Shown piece by piece: positions 1 to 8,596 of a stretch of 64,000 bases of DNA. The stretch comes from Nannocystis bainbridge. Its GTDB lineage: Bacteria; Myxococcota_A; Polyangia; Nannocystales; Nannocystaceae. Every line of letters starts with the position of its first letter. The stretch's first letter is position 1. The stretch is from assembly GCF_028368995.1 (NCBI RefSeq), contig NZ_JAQNDL010000001.1:3136001-3200000 (forward strand), written 5' to 3'. The notes under the pieces were generated by a model. The model made no database searches, was not told the origin of the DNA, and saw nothing but the letters and a program-made list of their open reading frames with translations. The translations under genes were made by a program, and so were the position numbers.

Positions 1-2
1 AC

Positions 3-173
3 GGCTACGCCGCCGCCTGCGGCTCGACCCCGTGGATGGTCGGCGGGATCGCGGCCGAGGCCATGCGCGAGCCCCTGACTGCCCGCGGCGGCCACGTCGC
101 CCCGACCGCCAAGGATCGCCTCCACGAGCTGATCCAGCGGCTCTGCCCGCTCGACGCCGCCGCCGCCGACTGA
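3..173 (+). CDS. 3' end of a CDS entering from the left edge (function unclear)
   Basis: Open frame GYAAACGSTPWMVGGIAAEAMREPL...AAAAD ending at TGA 171-173, with high GC3 codon usage. Confidence 0.6.
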   Translation, partial: GYAAACGSTPWMVGGIAAEAMREPLTARGGHVAPTAKDRLHELIQRLCPLDAAAAD

Positions 174-185
174 CCGCCGCGGCAG

Positions 186-245
186 CCCCTTCGGACATGC
201 CCCGAAGGACATGTCTCTAAGAACATTACCCATGGGACATGTCCA
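186..245. repeat. Array of 14-bp palindromic units (TGTCC-N4-GGACA family)
   Basis: CAT(G) junctions at 196, 210, 224 and 238, i.e. exact 14-bp spacing. Confidence 0.8.
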
Positions 246-491
246 CTGCTACGACAAGCTCGCCGCCCCCTGTCACCGCATCGATCGCCGCCGAGCCGTC
301 AGAGCGCGAGCGCCGCGACAGCAGACGCCCACGCCCCACCTTCGTCACCCTCCCGCTGTCGCTACCTTCGTGGGAGACCCGCTGCGCGGCCCGGGCTCTG
401 CGCGTGAATTCGGCGGCTGCGAGCGCCTCCCCATCGCAACCCCCGGCGCCCTTTGACAACGCCGGCCCGGCGCGTCAAAACCGCCTCGCCG

Positions 492-1397
492 ATGTCGCCA
501 CGCCGCTTCGCCCCTGTCCTGTCCCTCGCGCTCGCTCTGGCCTGCACCCGCGGCGGCGAGAGTGCCCCGCCGGTCGACGCACCGCCGCCCGAGCCGCCCG
601 CCGTGGCCGCCGAGATCGCCCCCGAGCCCGAGCCCGAAGCCCCGCCGGAGCCCGAGGCCCCGCCCGCGCCCACGCTCGACCTCCTCGCCACCGCCAGCGA
701 GACCGGCGGCCTCACCACCTTCCTGTCCGCGGTCGACGTCGCCGGCCTGCGCGACGCCTTGCAGGGCCCCGGCCCCTTCACGATCTTCGCCCCCAGCGAC
801 AAGGCGTTCGCCGCCCTGCCCAAGGGCGAGCTCGACCGCCTGCTCAAGAACAAGAAGAAGCTCGCCGCGCTGCTGCAGCACCACGTCGTCGCCGGCCCGC
901 CGCTGCCCGGCAAGGCCTACCCGTCGGCGGTCGGCAGCCCCGCCGAGCCTGCCGCCGCCGAGCCTGCCGCCGCCGAGCCGCCCGCCGAGCTCCCGCCGCC
1001 CACGCTCACGACCCTCGCCGGCGTCCCGCTGCCGCTGCTGCCCGCGCTGGCGCGCGCCGACATTCCGGCCACCAACGGCGTGCTCCACGTGATCGACGCC
1101 GTCCTGCCCGCCCCCGGCAAGCCCGCGAAGTCGGTCAAGCCCGCCCAGCCGGCCACCAAGCCCACCCAGCCGGCCACCAAGCCCGCCCAAGGGACCGACC
1201 CCGCCCCAAGCAACAAGCCCGCGCAAGCGACGGACCCCGCCGCCAAGCCGCCCGAGCCGAGCAAGCCCGCGCAAGCGACCGACCCCGCCGCCAAGCCGCC
1301 CGAGCCGAGCAAGCCCGCGCAAGCGACCGACCCCGCCATCAAGCCCGCCAAGCCCGCCGAGGCGAGCAAAAAGCCCGCGCAGCCGCCTGCCCCGTAG
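492..1397 (+). CDS. Fasciclin (FAS1) domain lipoprotein with Pro/Ala-rich linkers and C-terminal tandem repeats
   Basis: Lipobox LALAC; FAS1 motifs GPFTIFAPSDKAF and DIPATNGVLHVIDAVL; ATG 492 preferred over TTG 453. Confidence 0.85.
   Translation: MSPRRFAPVLSLALALACTRGGESAPPVDAPPPEPPAVAAEIAPEPEPEAPPEPEAPPAPTLDLLATASETGGLTTFLSAVDVAGLRDALQGPGPFTIFAPSDKAFAALPKGELDRLLKNKKKLAALLQHHVVAGPPLPGKAYPSAVGSPAEPAAAEPAAAEPPAELPPPTLTTLAGVPLPLLPALARADIPATNGVLHVIDAVLPAPGKPAKSVKPAQPATKPTQPATKPAQGTDPAPSNKPAQATDPAAKPPEPSKPAQATDPAAKPPEPSKPAQATDPAIKPAKPAEASKKPAQPPAP
1212..1345 (+). repeat. Intragenic 48-bp tandem repeat (about 3 copies, KPAQATDPAAKPPEPS)
   Basis: aagcccgcgcaagcgaccgaccccgccgccaagccgcccgagccgagc repeated in tandem. 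Confidence 0.85.
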
Positions 1398-1460
1398 AGC
1401 ATGTCCTATGCGACCTGTCGCTTTGGACATGCTTTAAAGGGCATGTCCGAAGCACCAGGA
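1398..1460. repeat. 14-bp palindrome array between convergent genes
   Basis: CATG/CCTG/CAGG junctions at 1400, 1414, 1428, 1442 and 1456; separate perfect copy TGTCCGCAAGGACA at 1533-1546. Confidence 0.8.
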
Positions 1461-1601
1461 TCCTCGAGCTCGCCGAACGGGGCCCGACAGACCAGCCAGC
1501 CCGAGCGAGTCCCCCCGAGCTTCGCTCTCACCTGTCCGCAAGGACAGCCGTCGCCTCGCCCTCTCGCTGTCCCTTCGCAGCGCCGGACCTGCCCGCTCCG
1601 C

Positions 1602-2816
1602 TCACGGCACGTTCGCCAGCTCGGTCGCGCCGCGGCGGACCTTCTCGTAGTGCAGCACCGCCGGCAGCACCCCGAGCGCGCACAGCACCGCCGCCAGCAA
1701 GAAGTGCGCCCCGTAGCCGAACTTGGCCGCCGAGAAGCCTGAAAGCGCAGCCCCGATCCCGGTCGCCAGCACCACCACGCTGGCCTGGATCGTGTAGTCG
1801 GTGCCGGCGGTGCGTGGGCGTGACGCGTCCATCATCATCGTGAACAGCGCCGCCGTCGCCATCCCGCCCGAGAAGTGCTCGAACATGCAGAGCGCGTACA
1901 GCATCCAGCCCTCGCGCGCCCCCGCGGCCGCGATCGCGTACGACGCGACCGCCAGCGCCTGCACCGCCGCGAACACGAACAGGCAGCGGTAGCGGCCGTA
2001 GCGGGTCACGAATGCCCCGCCGACCATCGCCCCGACCAGCCCGGCCAAGAACCCCGCCGTGCCCGTCAGCCAGCCGATGTCGGCCAGGCCGAGGCCGAGG
2101 TCGATGAAGAACGGCCGCAGCATCCCGACCCCGAACGCCTCGCCGAGCTTGAACGCCGCGATCGCGGCCAGCCACGAGCCGACCCCCGGCCGGCGGAAGA
2201 ACTCGGTGAACGCGGCCAGCCCCGGGCGCTCCGCCTGCTCCGGCGCCGGCTCGCCGCGGAACGCCGCGATCGGCAGCGTCGTGAGCGCGATCGCCCCGGC
2301 CATGCACTGGCACACGCGGGCCCAGCCGAGCCACGGATACAGGATCAGCAGCACCCCACCGCACAGGATCATCCCCAGGCGATACGCCGCGACCTGCACC
2401 CCGTTGCCGAGCCCGCGCTCCTGCGGCGCCAGGATCGTCACCGCCAGCCCGTCGGTCGCGATGTCCTGCGTCGACGCCAGGAAGTTGAGGATCAGCACCC
2501 CGACCAGCATCGCCTGCAGGTCGACCGTCGGCTCGACCGTCGCCAGCACCAGCAGCGTGATCACCGTGAGCAGCTGCAGCGGCACGATCCAGCTGCGCCG
2601 GCGACCGAAGCGATCGAGCCCGTGGCGGTCGACCAGCGGCGCCCACGCGAACTTCAGCGCCCACGGCAGCGCCAGCAGCGACGCCAGCCCCACGCCCTCG
2701 AGCGACACGCCCTGCTCGCGCAGCATCGCCGGCAGGAACTGCGAGAAGAACCCGTACGGCATCCCCTGCGCCAGATACAGCGATGCGAGCAGCGCGAGCT
2801 TGCCGGCGGGCGTCAT
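1602..2816 (-). CDS. MFS transporter, AmpG/RhtX/FptX family
   Basis: LYLAQGMPYGF, LPWALKFAWAPLVD, GRRRSWI and ASTQDIATDG motifs; about 12 hydrophobic segments. Confidence 0.9.
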   Translation of the reverse strand: MTPAGKLALLASLYLAQGMPYGFFSQFLPAMLREQGVSLEGVGLASLLALPWALKFAWAPLVDRHGLDRFGRRRSWIVPLQLLTVITLLVLATVEPTVDLQAMLVGVLILNFLASTQDIATDGLAVTILAPQERGLGNGVQVAAYRLGMILCGGVLLILYPWLGWARVCQCMAGAIALTTLPIAAFRGEPAPEQAERPGLAAFTEFFRRPGVGSWLAAIAAFKLGEAFGVGMLRPFFIDLGLGLADIGWLTGTAGFLAGLVGAMVGGAFVTRYGRYRCLFVFAAVQALAVASYAIAAAGAREGWMLYALCMFEHFSGGMATAALFTMMMDASRPRTAGTDYTIQASVVVLATGIGAALSGFSAAKFGYGAHFLLAAVLCALGVLPAVLHYEKVRRGATELANVP

Positions 2817-3000
2817 CGTCCGCGCACGATAGCGCACCGCCCTGGCCGCCGCTCGCGCCGCACCATCTTCGGCGCGCTTCGCGACGCGCAGATGACGGTG
2901 CGTCCGCGATTTCGCAGCACCCCTCACCACCTGTCTCTTCGGACATCTCGTGACCCGGCCTGCGCTTGACGCTCGCGCGCGGCCAGGCGAAGGTCGCCCG

Positions 3001-5481
3001 ATGACCCGCGCCTATGCCTTGCCTTGCACGCTCGTCCTCGCGCTCGCCGGTTGCGGCGACGACGGGCGCCCGGCCGACGACGGCACCGCCACGCTCGCGA
3101 CCTCGACGCCGAACCTGACCGAGCCGACCAGCACCAGCGACGGCTCGACCGCCACCACCGCCCCGACCACCACCGACCCGACCACCACCGGCACCACCAC
3201 CGGCGGTCAGGGCAGCGGCGAGGCCGGCGAGCCGTGTGGCGTCAGCGCGGAGTGCAAGCCCGGCCTCGTGTGCGCCGGCGGCGAGTGTGCCCCGACCGAC
3301 GGCGAGTGTCAGACCGACGACGACTGCAGCGGCGACACCTACTGCTGCGCCGACGGCTGCCTCCCCGTCGGCGAGAGCCCCGCCGTCTGTATCCCGTACG
3401 GCTTCGATCCGAACCAGTGGAGCAACGACGAGTGCGTCGGCGACGTCACCATCGGCCTGTTCGAGCCGGCCGTGCAGTGCGAGTGGGCCGCCCCGCCCGA
3501 CGGCGATCCTTACCCCGGCCACAAGTCGGTGCTCACCACCCCGCTCATCTTCGACCTCCCGCACGGCAGCAACGTCGAGTTCCCGCAGGCCGAGATCGTC
3601 ATCGTCACTTACAACTACACCGACGGCGGCGAGCCGTCCGGCTGGGGCTCCGACCCCAACTACTACGGCGTCATCCGCATCCTCGACGGCACCACCTGCG
3701 CGCTGATCGAGTCGATCGACGACCCCGCCAACCGCATCATCGCCGCCAGCCCGCCGGCGATCGGCGACATCGACGGCGACGGCCTGGCCGAGATCGTCAC
3801 CCACCGCGCCGTGTCCGGCACGATCGCCTTCGGCTGGGACGTCGCCACCAAGAAGTACGTCACCAAGTGGGTCGCCGCCGGCACCGACTTCAGCATGGTC
3901 ACCCGCTGGGACGGCCCCTCGCTGCACGACCTCGACGACGACGGCGTCGCCGAGGTCATCACCGGCAGCGAGGTCTACGACGGCGCCAGCGGCACGCGCC
4001 TCAACCCCGGCCAGGTCGTGCCCGGCGCCGGCGCGGGCCGCTTCTCGGTCATCGGCGACCTCGACCAGGACGGCGCGGCCGAGCTGATCGGCGCCGGCGT
4101 GTGGCGCTGGAACGTCGGCACCAACACCTGGGACATGGCCTGGCCCGGCGACCCCGACGGCGGCGCCCACTACGGCTTCGCCGACTTCGGCACCCCCGGC
4201 GCCGACCCGGCCAGCTTCAACGCCGCCGCGCTCGACGGCCGCGCCGAGATCGTCAGCGTCACCGGCGGCCTGGTCGAGCTCTACACCCTCGAGGGCCAGC
4301 TGATCTTCAGCGCGGTCACGGACCTCGGCAGCGGCGGCCCGCCGACCATCGGTGACTTCGACGCCGACGGCTTCCCCGAGATCGCCAGCGCCGGCGGCAA
4401 GGCCTTCAGCATCTACGACCTCGACTGCAAGGACGGCCTCGCCCCCGGCTGCGTCGCGCCGTGGATCCGCTGGTCGCAGGCGTCGCAGGACCTGTCGTCG
4501 CAGAACACCGGCTCGTCGATCTTCGACTTCGAGGGCGACGGCGCCGCCGAGGCCGTCTACGCCGACGAGTGCTTCCTCCGCGTCTACGCCGGCGCCACCG
4601 GCGAGGTCCTCTACTCGACCTTCCGCACCTCGTGCACCTGGTACGAAAACCCCGTGGTCGGCGACCCCGACTACGACCAGAACACCGAGATCCTGGTCGG
4701 CTCGAACGACAACTGCAGCGTGGTCTGCCCCGACATCGACCCGATCCACCGCGGCCTGCGCTGCGAGACCGGCGAGGAGTGCGGCGCGCCGTTCATCTGC
4801 GACGCCGGCTTCTGCCGCTGCAGCGACGACACCCAGTGCGTCAGCGGCCACGCCTGCACCGAGCCGCTGGCCGGCACCCCGGGCGCCGGCAACGTGTGCC
4901 GCGCCGTCCACCCGCCGGGCGTCGGCCTCACCGGCCTACGTGTCCTTCGGGACAGGCTCGACCGCTGGGCCTCGTCGCGTCCGCTGTGGAACCAGCACGC
5001 CTACTCGGTCACCAACGTCGACGACGACGGCGGCATCCCTGCGATCTCGCAGTGGCAGCCGAACTTCACCCAGCCCGACCTCAACAACTACCGCCAGAAC
5101 CGCCAGGGTGACACGCCGCCGGCCGCCTTGCCCGACATCACCGGCAAGCTCGGCGACCAGAGCTGCATGGGCAAGGACGGCAAGGTGGTCCTGACGAGCA
5201 CCGTCTGCAACCGCGGCAAGAAGGCCGTCGGCGCCAACCTGCCCGCGACCTTCTACCTCGGCGACCCGGCCGACGGCATGGTCCTGTGCGTCGCGTACAC
5301 GTCCGAGCCCGTCCCGGTCGAGGAGTGCCGCGACGTCTCGTGCACCATCGACGACACCGTCGACGGCACCGTCACCGTGGTCGTCGACGACGACGGCCAG
5401 GGCGGCGAGTTCGCCCTCGAGTGCTTCGAGAACAACAACAGCGACGCCATCCAGATCAAGAACTGCAGCCCGGTCGGCTGA
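3001..5481 (+). CDS. Secreted FG-GAP/VCBS-repeat beta-propeller lipoprotein with Cys-rich repeats and a CARDB-like C-terminus
   Basis: Lipobox LAGC; Thr-rich linker; repeated DxDGDGxxEI motifs; WNQHAYSVTNV; ECFENNN. Confidence 0.85.
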   Translation: MTRAYALPCTLVLALAGCGDDGRPADDGTATLATSTPNLTEPTSTSDGSTATTAPTTTDPTTTGTTTGGQGSGEAGEPCGVSAECKPGLVCAGGECAPTDGECQTDDDCSGDTYCCADGCLPVGESPAVCIPYGFDPNQWSNDECVGDVTIGLFEPAVQCEWAAPPDGDPYPGHKSVLTTPLIFDLPHGSNVEFPQAEIVIVTYNYTDGGEPSGWGSDPNYYGVIRILDGTTCALIESIDDPANRIIAASPPAIGDIDGDGLAEIVTHRAVSGTIAFGWDVATKKYVTKWVAAGTDFSMVTRWDGPSLHDLDDDGVAEVITGSEVYDGASGTRLNPGQVVPGAGAGRFSVIGDLDQDGAAELIGAGVWRWNVGTNTWDMAWPGDPDGGAHYGFADFGTPGADPASFNAAALDGRAEIVSVTGGLVELYTLEGQLIFSAVTDLGSGGPPTIGDFDADGFPEIASAGGKAFSIYDLDCKDGLAPGCVAPWIRWSQASQDLSSQNTGSSIFDFEGDGAAEAVYADECFLRVYAGATGEVLYSTFRTSCTWYENPVVGDPDYDQNTEILVGSNDNCSVVCPDIDPIHRGLRCETGEECGAPFICDAGFCRCSDDTQCVSGHACTEPLAGTPGAGNVCRAVHPPGVGLTGLRVLRDRLDRWASSRPLWNQHAYSVTNVDDDGGIPAISQWQPNFTQPDLNNYRQNRQGDTPPAALPDITGKLGDQSCMGKDGKVVLTSTVCNRGKKAVGANLPATFYLGDPADGMVLCVAYTSEPVPVEECRDVSCTIDDTVDGTVTVVVDDDGQGGEFALECFENNNSDAIQIKNCSPVG

Positions 5482-5565
5482 GCGCGGGCGCGCCCGCGAG
5501 AAATCGCGCGGCCGCGTGCCTGCGCCGCGCTGGGCAGGCAGGCGACGAGCCCCTAAACTCGGCCC

Positions 5566-6594
5566 GTGCTCCCTCCTGCCCTGCGGCTCGGCGTCGCCCT
5601 GCTCCTGCTCCCCGCCTGCTTCAACCCGACCGGCGCCCTCACGACCGGCTCGACCGGCCCCGGCACCAGCGGCGACAGCGAGACCCTCACCGACGCGACC
5701 TCGACCTCGACGACCTCGCCCGGCAACACCACCCCGCCGACCACGCTGCCGTCGATGACCGAGGCGACCTCCGAGCCGACGTCGACCGAGCCGGGCCCCG
5801 GCACCACGCAGCCCTCGCCCATCTGCGGCGACGGCAACGTCGACAACGGCGAGCTGTGCGACGACGGCAACGCCGAAGAGACCGACGACTGCCTCAACAA
5901 CTGCCAGCTGGCCAGCTGCGGCGACGGCTTCGTCCACGCCAAGCGCGAGCTGTGCGACGACGGCCCCGACAACGCCACCGACGCCCCGTGCACCCCGGAG
6001 TGCACCCCGGCCACGTGCGGCGACAAGATCGTGTGCCACGACTGCGGCGAGGAGTGCGACGGCGGCCTCTGCGACGACGACTGCACCTTCAAGCAGCGCT
6101 ATGTGTTCGTCACCAGCAGCCTGTACCAGGGCAGCCTGGTCGGCGGCCTGTCCGGCGCCGACGACAAGTGCGTGCTCGCGGCCGGCAGCAATGCGGCGCT
6201 GGCCGGCCGCAAGTTCGTCGCCTGGCTCAGCACCAGCGAGGTCGACGCGAAGTCGCGGATCGGCGTGACGGACGACCCGTACGTACGCGTCGACGGCCAG
6301 ACGCTCGCGGTCGGCACGGCGGACTTCCTCGACATCACGTCGCCGATGATGGTGCCCATCGACGTCAACGAGAACGGCCAGATGGTGAACGACAGCCTGG
6401 AGGCCTGGACCGGCACCCAGGCCGACGGCCTCAAGTCGGTGACGACCCAAATGTGCGGCGACTGGGAGCGGGGCGAGGGCGACGGCCGCAAGGGCACGAT
6501 CAGCGAGAACGGCGTGCTGTGGACCGACGACGGCACGATCTCCTGCAACAGCACCGCCCGCCTCTACTGCATCCAGGTCGCCCCGCCGCCATGA
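5566..6594 (+). CDS. Lipoprotein with myxobacterial Cys-rich repeats (DUF4215-like) and a DUF1554-like C-terminal domain
   Basis: LPAC lipobox; CGDGNVDNGELCDDGN repeats; VFVTS..GLSGADDKC..AWLS..WTGT..LYCIQ. Confidence 0.8.
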   Translation: MLPPALRLGVALLLLPACFNPTGALTTGSTGPGTSGDSETLTDATSTSTTSPGNTTPPTTLPSMTEATSEPTSTEPGPGTTQPSPICGDGNVDNGELCDDGNAEETDDCLNNCQLASCGDGFVHAKRELCDDGPDNATDAPCTPECTPATCGDKIVCHDCGEECDGGLCDDDCTFKQRYVFVTSSLYQGSLVGGLSGADDKCVLAAGSNAALAGRKFVAWLSTSEVDAKSRIGVTDDPYVRVDGQTLAVGTADFLDITSPMMVPIDVNENGQMVNDSLEAWTGTQADGLKSVTTQMCGDWERGEGDGRKGTISENGVLWTDDGTISCNSTARLYCIQVAPPP

Positions 6595-6685
6595 CATGTC
6601 CCAAAGGCCATGTCATTCGCGCCGACCCGCGCGGCCGCGATCGCGGGCAGCATGTCCCTTTCGCCATGTCCTGAATGACATGTTA
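6593..6685. repeat. 14-bp palindrome array between convergent genes
   Basis: CATG at 6595, 6609, 6651, 6665 and 6679, all in 14-bp register (the gap is 3 x 14). Confidence 0.8.
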
Positions 6686-6689
6686 TTTT

Positions 6690-8078
6690 TCACGGCTTCT
6701 CCGGGTAGAGCTTGGCGCAGCGAGCGACCGCGCCGGCGTCGACCTGCGGCAGCGTGACCTTCGGCGGCGTCGCGTCCGGCGGCGCCGCGAAGTCGAACAT
6801 GTCCCACGGCGCCAGCGCGTTGGCGTCGCGGGCGGTCAGCGCCGGCAGGACGAAGCGGGCCTCGATGAAGCGGAGGATCGACGTGTGGTCGTAGACCTCG
6901 TGGCTGACGTGGTGCTTCTTCGCGTACGGCGAGACGACGATGAACGGCACGCGCGGCCCGAGCTGGTCGAACCGGCCCGGCCGGTCGTGCGGCTGCAGCT
7001 CCGGCTCGTGGGCGTCGGGCGGGCAAGCGGCCGGCGGCGCCACATGGTCGAACAGCCCGCCGTGCTCGTCGTACGCGAAGAACAGCGCCGAGCGCGACCA
7101 GTTCGGGCTCTTCAGCAGCGCAACGACCACCTGGGCCACGAACAGCTGCCCGAGCCCCGCCACCGACGGCGGGTGCTCCCACGTCGCCTGCGACTCCGGC
7201 GCGTCGAAGGTCGCGTTGACGAACGACACCGCCGGCAGCTTGCCCGCCGCCGCGTCGGCGAAATACTGCGCGATCGGCCGCCGCTGCGCCCCCGGGTCCG
7301 GCAGCATGCCGGTCAAAAAATCACCGAGCCCGCCCTCGTCGCTGAAGTACACCTTGAACTCGACGCCGCGCGTCACAAGGTGGTCGAAGATCGTCACGTC
7401 GGGCTTGAAGTTGACGTTGACGGTGCGCCCGTACGACGACCCCGCGTAGAGGTACATCCGGTTGGGCCAGGTCGGCCCCGGCACCGCGCTGAAGTAACGA
7501 TCGCCGAGCGCGAACTCGTTGGCCAGCCAGTAGTAAAACGGCAGGTCGGGCTCGTCGTAATAACCCATCGCCCGCTCGCCCTTCAGCGTTGCGTCGATCA
7601 CCTCGTCGCCCTTGCCCTCGTTGGTGCTGACGAACCCGTCCATCTTGCCGCCGGCGATCTGCTCGTGCACGGCGTCCCACGAGTGGTTGGTGTTGCCGAA
7701 GCAGGGATGCTTCTGGTGGTGGATCGCCACCGGGGCGCCGTCAGGCCCGGGGTTCGAAAAATCCACCGGCGCGACGTCGGCCTCCGGTTGCCCACGCACC
7801 GGGAGCATCTGAAAGTAGTGATCGAACGAGCGGTTCTCCTGCATGAGCACGACGATGTGATCGATCGGGATCTGGTCGCCGCCCGGATACGATTTGCCCT
7901 GCGTCTCCGCCGGCAACGCCCCGGCCTCGTAGTGACAACTGCCCCGCGCCTTGGCGGCCTCGGCGTCGCCCGGCGGCGTCACCGGCCGATCCCAGTCGGC
8001 CTCGGTGGTCTGCTCGCCCGTGTTGACGACGCAAGCCGCCACCACGGCCAGCGCCCCGACTCCTGCTCTTCGTGCCAT
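6690..8078 (-). CDS. Phospholipase C / phosphoesterase family lipoprotein
   Basis: IDHIVVLMQENRSFDHYF, GPTWPNR, YDEHGGLFDHV, GPRVPFIVVSPY and YDHTSILRFIE motifs. Confidence 0.9.
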   Translation of the reverse strand: MARRAGVGALAVVAACVVNTGEQTTEADWDRPVTPPGDAEAAKARGSCHYEAGALPAETQGKSYPGGDQIPIDHIVVLMQENRSFDHYFQMLPVRGQPEADVAPVDFSNPGPDGAPVAIHHQKHPCFGNTNHSWDAVHEQIAGGKMDGFVSTNEGKGDEVIDATLKGERAMGYYDEPDLPFYYWLANEFALGDRYFSAVPGPTWPNRMYLYAGSSYGRTVNVNFKPDVTIFDHLVTRGVEFKVYFSDEGGLGDFLTGMLPDPGAQRRPIAQYFADAAAGKLPAVSFVNATFDAPESQATWEHPPSVAGLGQLFVAQVVVALLKSPNWSRSALFFAYDEHGGLFDHVAPPAACPPDAHEPELQPHDRPGRFDQLGPRVPFIVVSPYAKKHHVSHEVYDHTSILRFIEARFVLPALTARDANALAPWDMFDFAAPPDATPPKVTLPQVDAGAVARCAKLYPEKP

Positions 8079-8261
8079 GCCGGCTCCTCGCTCCGCTGCG
8101 AATCCGAACGCGAGCCCCCGCCGCCTCGCAAGCGGCCCGGTGCGCGCGGCCAGCCGGGTAGCACGCGCCCGCCTCCGCGCGAGCCAAGGCGCCCACGCCC
8201 GCGAGAACCCGCATGCTAACGTCCCGGCGCCCCAACGACGAGCCCATGCGGGGCCTCCGCC

Positions 8262-8482
8262 GACATGTCCCTTCGAACATGCCGGCGAGCGCTCGAGCGA
8301 CCGACTACATGTCCCTCAAGACATGTTCATTCGAGCGCTCCGGCGAGCGCCCGAACGACGCCGGCGACACGTCCTTCAAGACATGTCATTCGAAAATGCA
8401 TCCAGAATTCCGGCGAGCGCTCGAGCGAGCGGCGACATGTCTCTCAACCCATGTCCGTTCGCAGCAAACCTTTGGCATGTTT
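8262..8482. repeat. Cluster of 14-bp palindromic units separated by GC-rich spacers
   Basis: CA(T/C)G pairs 14 bp apart at 8264/8278, 8308/8322, 8368/8382 and 8436/8450. Confidence 0.75.
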
Positions 8483-8596
8483 CTACGAGCGCCGGGCCGA
8501 CCGCCGCCCTGAGCGAGCGACGCGCCTCCAGTCCGTCCCGCAGCCCCTGCCGCGCTGCGTGCAGCGTCCCGAGACCCGTTTTCAGGTCATGCGAGA

